Positions 48,897-57,134 of a stretch of DNA of 64,000 bases are shown piece after piece. Origin of the DNA: a virus (lineage: Duplodnaviria; Caudoviricetes). The notes under the pieces are model-generated. The model searched no databases and was not told the DNA's origin. It saw nothing but the letters and a program-made list of their open reading frames with translations. Each line of letters starts with the position of its first letter. Positions within the stretch are counted from its first letter, which is position 1. Location: the IMG/VR virus record IMGVR_UViG_3300001598_002233, positions 22,311-86,310 of that record; one strand, 5' to 3'. The position numbers were made by a program, and so were the translations under genes.

Positions 48897-49361
48897 TTAA
48901 AAGTTAATTGAGAACGAAGAGGGTGAATATGTGAGATATATATTATTAATTTTTTTACTTCCCTGACACCAATTGCTAAGTCCAACTGCAATGTATATGA
49001 TACCGAATGCTGTTAGTCCCGCGCCTGTATAAAACAAGCCAATATCAGTACCCGTATAATCTCTATATTCAGAATTGGCAACAATATAAGGAACACCTGC
49101 AATTGTAATACCTGAAATAAAGAAGGATGAGCCAATGAGGAACTCCTGCTGTCCAAGTTTAATCTGCTTGTTGATTTCTTCGTACTTCGGCCAAGCAATC
49201 TGTACGATGGTTTCAGGATTTACTTTCGTGGGAGATGCATTAGTTTCAGCATATTCCACGTTAACGGAGTCAGCAGCAACGACGGGCTGCTCAATGTACT
49301 GTGCCTTCATAATCAATGAAGCACAAATAAAAATTAGAGATGTTAAAATTTTCTTTATCAT
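48897..49361 (-). CDS. Secreted/membrane protein of unknown function
   Basis: Signal peptide (MIKKILTSLIFICASLIMKA-Q), two Gly-rich hydrophobic helices, C-terminal YSPSSFSINF. Confidence 0.65.
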   Translation of the reverse strand: MIKKILTSLIFICASLIMKAQYIEQPVVAADSVNVEYAETNASPTKVNPETIVQIAWPKYEEINKQIKLGQQEFLIGSSFFISGITIAGVPYIVANSEYRDYTGTDIGLFYTGAGLTAFGIIYIAVGLSNWCQGSKKINNIYLTYSPSSFSINF

Positions 49362-50119
49362 TTTTCTATAATATTAATATAATTTTCACTATCCATTACC
49401 TCACACTTATCAAGAAGGTCTTCAAAGAAGAAGTTCTTAGAATTCTTTTTAACGACCTTTTTAAAGACCAAGAATTGGCTTGTATAACTTCTTGAGTGTT
49501 GCTGTCCACTTTTATACTTTGTGGGGCTAATAAGCCTTGCTTTTGCTTGTAATGTGAATTTATCTTCCATTGTGAATCCAAAACGCTGTGCGGCCATGAA
49601 ACTGAACTCCTCAATGCTGTGCCGAAGTCCACCAGAAATGCAACTCTGGCACTTAAAGATGCAAATTCCATTATCGTCAAGAACCCTATAAGCCTCCTTT
49701 AGCCAATGATAGTAACTATAATATAGGTTATCAACAGGGTAATATGAGGCAAATCTTTTATAAATAAGGTTTGAGCCCTCCTTTACATTTTTCGTTGCGG
49801 AAGGTGCATTTGCAGGAGAAATTACAAACGGCAGGTCCATTACTATACTATGAATACTACTGTCTTCTAAGGGAAGATTTCCCCATTTTTCAATTTTAAT
49901 GATATCCTCTCTTGTTGGACAGACATCCATTAGTATTTTGGGCTCAGGGATACAATATTTTTTTCCTCTTTTCTTGTTATAAAAACCGAGTGAACTTGCT
50001 GTAATATCACAATCAAATTGGTCTGAGCCGTTATTATATAATACGCCTATATTGTGAAGAATTTCACTTTGGTCTTCACTAATGTTTTTGATAATGTTTG
50101 AATTATTAAGTTTTTCCAT
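49358..50119 (-). CDS. Putative amino (N6A/N4C) DNA methyltransferase
   Basis: FDCDITAS..FY; LPLEDSSIHSIVMDLPF (motif IV, DPPF-like); EAYRVLDDNGICIFKCQ. Confidence 0.75.
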   Translation of the reverse strand: MEKLNNSNIIKNISEDQSEILHNIGVLYNNGSDQFDCDITASSLGFYNKKRGKKYCIPEPKILMDVCPTREDIIKIEKWGNLPLEDSSIHSIVMDLPFVISPANAPSATKNVKEGSNLIYKRFASYYPVDNLYYSYYHWLKEAYRVLDDNGICIFKCQSCISGGLRHSIEEFSFMAAQRFGFTMEDKFTLQAKARLISPTKYKSGQQHSRSYTSQFLVFKKVVKKNSKNFFFEDLLDKCEVMDSENYINIIEK

Positions 50120-50123
50120 GATT

Positions 50124-50154
50124 CAAATATACAAAAAGTTATTCATTTTTCAAA
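50124..50154 (-). promoter_or_regulatory. Bacteroidota primary-sigma promoter (-33 TTTG, -7 TATATTTG)
   Basis: Minus strand reads TTTG-N19-TATATTTG, ending 4 nt before the methyltransferase ATG. Confidence 0.75.
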
Positions 50155-50540
50155 ATTTCAATTATATCACCAACGCAATCAGTCATCCATTCGAATTCAG
50201 CATCAATCTTCTCATGTTTTTGAATGTTCCTAAAATGAGGAAAGTTTTTCTCGTAATGGCCTTTAACGAAGTCGGCCAACTTTTCAAAATCAACAATGTT
50301 TTCTTCTGTGCATGTACTTAATATTCCTATAATAATAGAAGTTAAGTATAAGGCATAAAAATCTTCAACATTACCATCAACAGCCCATTCAGCATATCGA
50401 GAAAGCGTTTCTACTATTTTTACGAAATTTTCTTCACTCTCACACTTCTCATAAAATATGGACTTCCAAAACCTATAAGGATTCTCTAAGGAACGCTTTA
50501 AATATTCGAGGTTACGCATAGCATAATTTTCTTGCTTCAA
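50139..50540 (-). CDS. Hypothetical protein
   Basis: 133-aa ORF overlapping the upstream gene's end. Confidence 0.65.
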   Translation of the reverse strand: MKQENYAMRNLEYLKRSLENPYRFWKSIFYEKCESEENFVKIVETLSRYAEWAVDGNVEDFYALYLTSIIIGILSTCTEENIVDFEKLADFVKGHYEKNFPHFRNIQKHEKIDAEFEWMTDCVGDIIEILKNE

Positions 50541-51780
50541 TTAGAAGATTATTTACCTTATTATAATCAATTTTATCTGGCAACTTACAAGTTTTAACGA
50601 GTTCATCGAACTCTGTTTTCTTTTCGGTAACGTACTTCATAATTTCCTCATAAGACATTTTATGATTTTTAATATTAAGAAGGAAATCTCTATCCCAAGT
50701 ACGTTTTACATTAAAGCCATCTCCCCTTGCAAGTTCAATTCCAGTATGAATAAGCCTAACGGTTTCACACATGTTTTTTGCATCAAAATTATATCCCCTA
50801 TTATCATAAAACCTAATTGGATTTCTGTTGGCTTTCCATTCTGACCATTCTTTATAATCTCTACAATGAGACTCGTAACCACTTTGATTATATGACATTA
50901 CAATGAGTGGCCTAAGATATTTTGGAACGGTACAAACACGAACCTCGTTACTATTTTCTTCCTGATTTACAATACCTGTAAAGCCATAGGGCTCAATACG
51001 TTTAAACTGATTAAAACAGGCTTCGTATACGTCTGTAAAGACATAATCAAATAGAGTATCTCCAAAACATTGCATACTCTCATCTTCCCAATTATCCATC
51101 TCCTCACAGATTTTATCCCATGCTTCTTTTACATTTTTCCCCGTGGTGAAATCAACTCCATACTCACAGATGATATGTGTCCCCCAATCATAGTAAAGTC
51201 CATAGTTATCGTGCATATTAGGAAGTGCAACAAGTCCACAATATTTCTGAAATAGACCACGGTCCTTAAGCCAATCCTTAATCTTTTTTGTCCCTTGCTT
51301 ATAAGGTACACAGCAAAAATCAAGAACGCCTTTTCTTTCCATATTCTCAGGATAATTGCACTTTTTATTATACCCAGTTGCTTTCTTAATTTGATTGAAG
51401 GAATATCCCAACAACGGAGCAAAAGATTCTTTAGTAAGGAACATATCCCTATTCTCAATAATTTTTTTCACTACAGGGTGAACATCTCCTATAATGAATT
51501 CTTTATCAATAAACAGGCTTTCGAGTGCTGTGGGGTTAGATTTAAGGAGTAATTCAAACCATCTTCCGAGTTCGTAATATACTTCATCATTCTTTTCATC
51601 AGCAATTTGTTCCTTATAACTGCTACGAAGTCCCAAAAGGGTATCAAGAGGGGCAGCGAATACCCCTCCAAAGTCATAATCAGACTTTCCTTCCACGGCA
51701 ATGCCGTGGCTCCAACTGCCGCGAAGATATCTATAAAGCAGTTTATTATCATCGTTAAAGTCAATTTTCCACCTTTCCAT
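50512..51780 (-). CDS. DNA polymerase beta-superfamily nucleotidyltransferase, RlaP-like (PF10127-type)
   Basis: LYRYLRGSWSHG..KSDYDFGGVF (GS..DxD); YYELGRWFELLLKSNPTALE; C-terminal YDAKN-like FDAKNMCETVRLI. Confidence 0.85.
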   Translation of the reverse strand: MERWKIDFNDDNKLLYRYLRGSWSHGIAVEGKSDYDFGGVFAAPLDTLLGLRSSYKEQIADEKNDEVYYELGRWFELLLKSNPTALESLFIDKEFIIGDVHPVVKKIIENRDMFLTKESFAPLLGYSFNQIKKATGYNKKCNYPENMERKGVLDFCCVPYKQGTKKIKDWLKDRGLFQKYCGLVALPNMHDNYGLYYDWGTHIICEYGVDFTTGKNVKEAWDKICEEMDNWEDESMQCFGDTLFDYVFTDVYEACFNQFKRIEPYGFTGIVNQEENSNEVRVCTVPKYLRPLIVMSYNQSGYESHCRDYKEWSEWKANRNPIRFYDNRGYNFDAKNMCETVRLIHTGIELARGDGFNVKRTWDRDFLLNIKNHKMSYEEIMKYVTEKKTEFDELVKTCKLPDKIDYNKVNNLLIEARKLCYA

Positions 51781-53041
51781 TTTTAAAAGACATTAAATAG
51801 TTTATAAAAAATTCTCTTGATAACTTTGGATTTTCATATGCAATATCCATAAGTTTGTCCATAACATTCTTAACTTCTACAGATGGCCCTATATTAAGAA
51901 TTTCCATTACATCATTACCATTTACTGGCAATATATAGCCAAACATAATATGATTTTTATCAATCATCTGTTCTGTTCGCCGTTCAACATAATCAGCCAA
52001 CACCGTGTCGTTTATTGTACATCTAAAGACAGACATTGCTTTATAAAACATTTCTAAAGTTTTACAAAGATATTGAAATTTGCGTATCTCCACACTACTG
52101 TTGCCATATTCAACATTAACAATAAGTCTGTTGCTTTTAATTAGAAAAAGAACTTCGCTAATAATATCATTAGAATATTTCAGTTCTTTCAGATGTTTCT
52201 CTGGGTCTCTAACAAAAGAAAGTAGTATTGCAAGATTAACTGTCAATTCGTTACAATATGACTTACTAAGAGCAGCAAGAGCGATTTCGCCACTATTGCC
52301 ATCATATCCATCAATAACATATTTAAGAGCACCAGTGATAAGCATAAGCCTAAGCCCAGAAGTTCTTCCTTCCTTATCACAAACAAGGATTTTATTAAGT
52401 TCTTCCTGTATGCGTTCCTTACTGATAATCGTAAGCCTTTCGGCGTGCTTTTTCATTCCCTCAAAGGTTGCGTTATCAACACTTGAATCAAATCTTGCAA
52501 CAAATCTGCAAGCCCTAAGAATCCTTAAAGGGTCCTCCGTAAATATAATGTCAGGGTCTCCACAAGTTCTTAGAAGATTTAGCGAAAGGTCGCTTACGCT
52601 CCTACCATTAAAGTCGTTGATATCGCCACTATCTATATTCCTATAAATTGCATTATAAGTGAAGTCTCTCCTTATACAATCGTCGTGGACGGTTCCAAAA
52701 GTTATTTCTGGATTTCTTGAATTTTCATCTCTATATGCTTCCTTCCTTGTCTGCACTGCTTCAAGTTCTATTTCGGGCTCTTCAGCAAGACGAAACATTG
52801 CTGTGCCAAAATTTTCGTAAATAACTGGATGCCCGCTAAGTAGATTATGCTCTTCGAGATATTTTGCAAGCCTTATCCCTCCGTTAGGAATGTCAATAAC
52901 GAGGTCAATATCCTTTATTTCACGATGGCACATACAGTCTCGCTCACACCCGCCAACAGAATAAACATGTCCTTCAAATTCTGTGTTTTTTAGGACATAT
53001 TTAAGTATTGTTAAAATTTTTTCGTAAGTTTCAGTTTTCAT
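51761..53041 (-). CDS. cca: Class II CCA tRNA nucleotidyltransferase
   Basis: VYSVGGCERD..KDIDLVI, ENFGTAMF, RKEAY loop, RRDFTYNAI, EDPLRILRACRF, ISKERIQEEL; no poly(A)-polymerase G[RK][RK]F signature. Confidence 0.88.
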   Translation of the reverse strand: MKTETYEKILTILKYVLKNTEFEGHVYSVGGCERDCMCHREIKDIDLVIDIPNGGIRLAKYLEEHNLLSGHPVIYENFGTAMFRLAEEPEIELEAVQTRKEAYRDENSRNPEITFGTVHDDCIRRDFTYNAIYRNIDSGDINDFNGRSVSDLSLNLLRTCGDPDIIFTEDPLRILRACRFVARFDSSVDNATFEGMKKHAERLTIISKERIQEELNKILVCDKEGRTSGLRLMLITGALKYVIDGYDGNSGEIALAALSKSYCNELTVNLAILLSFVRDPEKHLKELKYSNDIISEVLFLIKSNRLIVNVEYGNSSVEIRKFQYLCKTLEMFYKAMSVFRCTINDTVLADYVERRTEQMIDKNHIMFGYILPVNGNDVMEILNIGPSVEVKNVMDKLMDIAYENPKLSREFFINYLMSFKNGKVEN

Positions 53042-54164
53042 TGTTTTTGTGTTTTGAAAAACTATCGTATTCTTCGTAAGTAGGCCACTCGAAATTTTTT
53101 ATCATATTGGTAAAAACTTCTTCTTTAATCTGTCCCTTTCTTCTGTCAATATTTGTTTGCAGTGAAGGTGCTTCAATATAAACATATACAATATTCATGC
53201 CAAACTTTTTCACCTTTTCAGCAATATCAACACGATACTTCTTTTTAAGATTAATTCCATTGACAATAATATCTTTCCCTTCTTCTGCTGCCTTAACAAG
53301 TCGTTCATCGAATATTCTACTTACTTCTGCTTCCTGTTCTGGCGTACCAACTATTTTTTCATCAGCGGTGCAATACCCAAGTTCAACTCTAATATCGTCA
53401 CGACAGACAATAGTGTAATTCCTATCAATAGTTGCCACCTTATTAATGAAAGTGTCTTTCCCCGCACCAGGAAGTCCAATCATTATAAAAAGATTACTTT
53501 CAACTTCATTCTTTTCCCAATCATATTTTCTTCCAAGTGGAAGTGACGTTGAAGAATAAAAGCAAGAAAGCCCACGTGCAATATCACGAATATTTACGAG
53601 TTTTCTATAATCAAGCGTTTGCCCTTTTTTATCTTGCTGAATACTACCATCAACATCACATGTTTTAAGAAGAAGTAATTTTCTAAGATTGGCAAGTTTG
53701 GACAACTTTAATATTTCAGTAACGGGATTTTTATGGGTGAAGATATTAAGTGGCTCCATATGCCACCTAACAAGAGAACAGATTTCTTCCCTAATATCAT
53801 AGCCTTCATCCCAAAGAAGTAATCTGGTAATACGTTCAGACTCCATCTCATGCCCATAAGAGTGCCAATTATCTTTAACAAACTTCGTTGTTGTACTCTT
53901 ACCAATGTCATGGAACAATGCTGCAGCCATCATCGTCTTAACAAAAAATGGGTTTACATCATATGTTTCGTCCATTATATTAAGCCTCTTTACCATTGCC
54001 TCACATACAAGTTTGGTATGGACCCATGCATTACCCTCAGAGTGCCATTTAGGGCTCTGCTGACAATCTTTAAGGACTTTAAACTCCTCTATGGTTTCGA
54101 TGTAATCCCAATCATAAAGGAGTTCTCCGTTTTCTACTTTGAATATTTTTGATAATAATTTCAT
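53031..54164 (-). CDS. HD phosphohydrolase fused to P-loop polynucleotide kinase (AAA_33)
   Basis: QSPKWHSEGNAWVHT..AALFHDIGK..GHE..RWHM HD motifs; MIGLPGAGKDT Walker A; IVCRDDIR. Confidence 0.88.
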   Translation of the reverse strand: MKLLSKIFKVENGELLYDWDYIETIEEFKVLKDCQQSPKWHSEGNAWVHTKLVCEAMVKRLNIMDETYDVNPFFVKTMMAAALFHDIGKSTTTKFVKDNWHSYGHEMESERITRLLLWDEGYDIREEICSLVRWHMEPLNIFTHKNPVTEILKLSKLANLRKLLLLKTCDVDGSIQQDKKGQTLDYRKLVNIRDIARGLSCFYSSTSLPLGRKYDWEKNEVESNLFIMIGLPGAGKDTFINKVATIDRNYTIVCRDDIRVELGYCTADEKIVGTPEQEAEVSRIFDERLVKAAEEGKDIIVNGINLKKKYRVDIAEKVKKFGMNIVYVYIEAPSLQTNIDRRKGQIKEEVFTNMIKNFEWPTYEEYDSFSKHKNNEN

Positions 54165-55003
54165 GCCGTCATATATGAAGTTGCAAGCATAAAGAGTCCT
54201 GAATTCACTTCAATATCCTTCTTGATTGAAGTGATACCTCTCTGCTTTCTTGTTTTATCATTCTTTGTAAGGTAATATCCGCCCTTAATCAGTTTTTCCT
54301 GAAGGACATTAAATGTCGCCCAAAGACTATTACCTTCATCTTCCTTTCTAACAGGGGAAAGAATGTCCATAATCTCCTCCTTCGTAAGAGAATAATTATC
54401 TTCTTCCTTGAGTCCCTTGCGGATTTTCATTGCCTTGGAAGCAAACTCCTCCCTCTGCTCATTGGTAAGTTCAACACCCATCATATCGTTAATCACATTC
54501 ACTCTTTCGGAAATTGAACTTACTGAAGACTTAACAACTTCACGAAGTTCCTCGAAAGTATAATTGATATGACGGATTGAAAGGTTTGCAAATTCAGCAT
54601 CTGCGACAACGAGTCCGTTACTACAGACGAGACGGTATAGCCCGCACATAAACTTGAAAGAGTTGAACCCGTCGTGGCTGTTGGTCAATATGATGCGAGG
54701 AAATGCCTCAACATTATCGCCCTTCATAATTTTGAAGTCGGGGTTTTGGAATGAAAGCATATGGAATGACCTGATTCCAGAAGAGTTTTTCTTCATACGG
54801 CACTGCTTTGCCTGTACAGGATACCAACCAAGTTTAGCCATATCACGAACAACGTCAATAGAAGTAGCCTGAACATAACGCTCAGATACCTTAGGGTTAG
54901 AAGGCTCAGTAAGAAAAGCCATAGGACAAGTTTTACGAATGTCATCCTCTGTGAGGAAAGTGGTGCTGAGATTGTTGTCAGCAAAATTAAGCATTGTACT
55001 CAT
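54161..55003 (-). CDS. DUF932/DUF945 family phage/plasmid protein
   Basis: SERY..HMLSF..PRIILTNSHDGFNSFKFMCGLYRLVCSNG..SLWATFNVLQE. Start moved to ATG 55003, downstream of the promoter. Confidence 0.85.
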   Translation of the reverse strand: MSTMLNFADNNLSTTFLTEDDIRKTCPMAFLTEPSNPKVSERYVQATSIDVVRDMAKLGWYPVQAKQCRMKKNSSGIRSFHMLSFQNPDFKIMKGDNVEAFPRIILTNSHDGFNSFKFMCGLYRLVCSNGLVVADAEFANLSIRHINYTFEELREVVKSSVSSISERVNVINDMMGVELTNEQREEFASKAMKIRKGLKEEDNYSLTKEEIMDILSPVRKEDEGNSLWATFNVLQEKLIKGGYYLTKNDKTRKQRGITSIKKDIEVNSGLFMLATSYMTA

Positions 55004-55032
55004 AAAAATATTTTGTTTAAAGTTTAACACTG

Positions 55033-55064
55033 CAAATGTACAAATAAATTTTCTAATTTACAAA
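55033..55064 (-). promoter_or_regulatory. Bacteroidota promoter driving the DUF932 / RNA-repair operon
   Basis: Minus strand reads TTTG-N20-TACATTTG(CA). Confidence 0.8.
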
Positions 55065-55082
55065 TAGTTCAAAAAAAATAAA

Positions 55083-55100
55083 CCCACGGTTTTCCGTGGG
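55083..55100 (-). terminator. Intrinsic terminator downstream of the lipoprotein gene
   Basis: CCCACGG-AAAA-CCGTGGG on the minus strand followed by TTTATTTTTTTT. Confidence 0.85.
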
Positions 55101-55127
55101 AGTTAAAAATAGATATGTTAAAAGTAA

Positions 55128-55670
55128 TTAATTCCAATCTTGAACAGAAGGATTAAATGTGATTTCATTGAATTTGGGACAGAAAGCATAGTCGTATGAA
55201 CAATATGGTTCCCATTTTGTTATTCTATTTCCTATAGCATCATATGTTAGATATTCCTTTATAACATCGTCTTTAGCCAAACAACAATTATTTACAATTT
55301 GATATGCATCATATGTATATTCAATATATATGTTAGAATAAACAATAGAAGAAGGAACATTTAAATTGGAGATTAAATTTCCGTCGTTACTCGTCAACAT
55401 TTCCCCATTAAAAAGGTTAATTCTACTTAATTCGCCTTCATTATTTATAACACAATAATCAACGTTCTTTAATATAACATTAATATCTTCACTATAACTA
55501 TTATAGAAAAATATATTAAGAGTAGAAGTCCTGTTAGAATTTTTCTCACCAGATTTCGTAGATAATTCAACATTTTGGCTTGAATACGGAATTTCATTAA
55601 GTTCTATTTTGCTACAACCAATAAGTACAAACGCTAATAAAATAGAGATACTTTTAATAATTTTTTCCAT
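55128..55670 (-). CDS. Lipoprotein, possibly type V pilin / fimbrillin-like
   Basis: Lipobox VLIG-C; STKS propeptide-like site; C-terminal ITFNPSVQDWN resembles the terminal strand of Bacteroidota fimbrillins. Confidence 0.55.
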   Translation of the reverse strand: MEKIIKSISILLAFVLIGCSKIELNEIPYSSQNVELSTKSGEKNSNRTSTLNIFFYNSYSEDINVILKNVDYCVINNEGELSRINLFNGEMLTSNDGNLISNLNVPSSIVYSNIYIEYTYDAYQIVNNCCLAKDDVIKEYLTYDAIGNRITKWEPYCSYDYAFCPKFNEITFNPSVQDWN

Positions 55671-55714
55671 AATTTGTAATGCTTTTGTTTGTTATTCTAT
55701 ATATAAATATCTCG

Positions 55715-55792
55715 TTTTTCTAAAAAATGATATTAAATACGAAATTTTTTCTAAAAAATGACACGAATTATATGCTGTTTTTCTAAAAAATG
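55715..55792 (+). repeat. Three direct repeats TTTTTCTAAAAAATG at 31-32-bp spacing
   Basis: Copies start at 55715, 55746 and 55778; a degenerate fourth lies at 55827-55841; all in the divergent intergenic region. Confidence 0.85.
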
Positions 55793-55887
55793 TTATGCAA
55801 ATAGTTAATATTAGAATTTTTAAAGCTTTTTTCAAAAAATGTTGATTTTTAGCAAGAAAATGTTTATTTTTAAAGAAACAACAAATT

Positions 55888-56802
55888 ATGGGACTTGATT
55901 TTTTAAACTTTTTAAAGAGAACAAACAAAACTGCACCTATTGAAAGCCATCCTTCGAAGTCGGCTCTTAAATTAGAATTTGTCTCCGAGATGGATGATAA
56001 AGAAAGGGTGTTAGTAGAAAATGTGAAAGATGCTACAATACTTGTGGTTGATGACAATAGAGAATTGCTTAGATATCTTAAGGAAGCAATGGGGGAATAT
56101 GTTAAAGAAACCGTGGTTGCTGGTAATGCATTTGAGGCGATAGAACGTTTAACAACAAGGCATATAGATGTAATAATTAGCGATATTATGATGCCAGGAT
56201 TAGACGGGTTTGAATTATGTAGGTACATTAAAAACAATATTGTAATAAGCCATATCCCTGTCATATTACTTACCGCACGCATTGATGCTGAGTCACGTAA
56301 TTTGGGCTATAAGAATGGTGCTGATGCTTACTTAACAAAGCCTTTTTCAGAAGAAGAATTGGTTTCAACGATGGATACATTGTTGAAAAAATGTTTTGAA
56401 AAAAAGAAACAAATAGCAGAAACGCTTAAGATAGATGGTGAAAGTACCATAAGTGGAGTAGACGAAGAAATATTAAAGCAATTTCACAATATAGTAGAAG
56501 AAAATATTAAAGACCCTGAATTTGGTGTACAGAAAGTAGAGGAACTGATGAATATGAATCACTCAGTCTTGTTTAATAAAATAGTACAACTAACTGGCCT
56601 AAATATTATTTCATATATAAATAGAGTGAGGCTTGAGCGTGCTATAACATTGATGAAAAATACGGAAATGTCAATGGCTGAAATTGCTGAAGACTCTGGA
56701 TTTAGCAATCAACGATATTTCAGTACTTCATTTAAAAACTATACAGGACAAACACCACTGAAATATAAGAAGAAATTCCAAAAAAGAGAAAGCAGCAATT
56801 GA
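55888..56802 (+). CDS. Response-regulator receiver + AraC HTH (isolated C-terminal module of a Bacteroidota hybrid two-component system)
   Basis: ILVVDDN..DVIISDIMMPGLDG..HIPVILLTAR..GADAYLTKPF receiver; IAEDSGFSNQRYFSTSFKNYTGQTP AraC signature; no sensor or kinase domain. Confidence 0.93.
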   Translation: MGLDFLNFLKRTNKTAPIESHPSKSALKLEFVSEMDDKERVLVENVKDATILVVDDNRELLRYLKEAMGEYVKETVVAGNAFEAIERLTTRHIDVIISDIMMPGLDGFELCRYIKNNIVISHIPVILLTARIDAESRNLGYKNGADAYLTKPFSEEELVSTMDTLLKKCFEKKKQIAETLKIDGESTISGVDEEILKQFHNIVEENIKDPEFGVQKVEELMNMNHSVLFNKIVQLTGLNIISYINRVRLERAITLMKNTEMSMAEIAEDSGFSNQRYFSTSFKNYTGQTPLKYKKKFQKRESSN

Positions 56803-56815
56803 TTGCTGCTTTTTT
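56789..56815 (+). terminator. Intrinsic terminator after the REC-AraC gene
   Basis: AAAGCAGCAAT-TG-ATTGCTGCTTT followed by T-run. Confidence 0.8.
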
Positions 56816-56858
56816 AGTGCGAAATTAGAGAAAATAATTTAACTTTTTGCAAGTCAAT

Positions 56859-56869
56859 AACTATTTATA
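56859..56869 (+). promoter_or_regulatory. AACTATTTATA candidate late promoter
   Basis: Same motif as before structural genes; ~19 nt before the ATG at 56889. Confidence 0.6.
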
Positions 56870-56888
56870 AGTGAAAAATTGATTGAAT

Positions 56889-57134
56889 ATGGCTTCAAAA
56901 AAAGTTATAATTAGTGAGAATATGCTAAAGCGATTGATTCTTAGTGAAACAATTGCTAAGGCAGATATTGAAGAAATTCTTTCAAGCAAAGAATTTGACA
57001 AGAAAATGAAAGATGCCATTAAGTCAAATAAAGATATTGAAAGCGAAATAAAAAAGATAATTGCACAATCTCTTACTGAGGTGCTTAAGATACTTTGGCA
57101 AAGAAACAATTTTTGGAAAGACCTTATTAAATGA
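56889..57134 (+). CDS. Small protein with KVIISE..LKRLI.SE N-terminal motif (putative head-internal protein)
   Basis: MASKKVIISENMLKRLILSE; ATG at 56889 (ORF track starts at TTG 56883). Confidence 0.6.
   Translation: MASKKVIISENMLKRLILSETIAKADIEEILSSKEFDKKMKDAIKSNKDIESEIKKIIAQSLTEVLKILWQRNNFWKDLIK

Noticed and set aside
55692-56282. 196-aa minus-strand ORF
   Set aside because: Shadow of the REC-AraC gene and the AT-rich repeat spacer; no recognisable motif.
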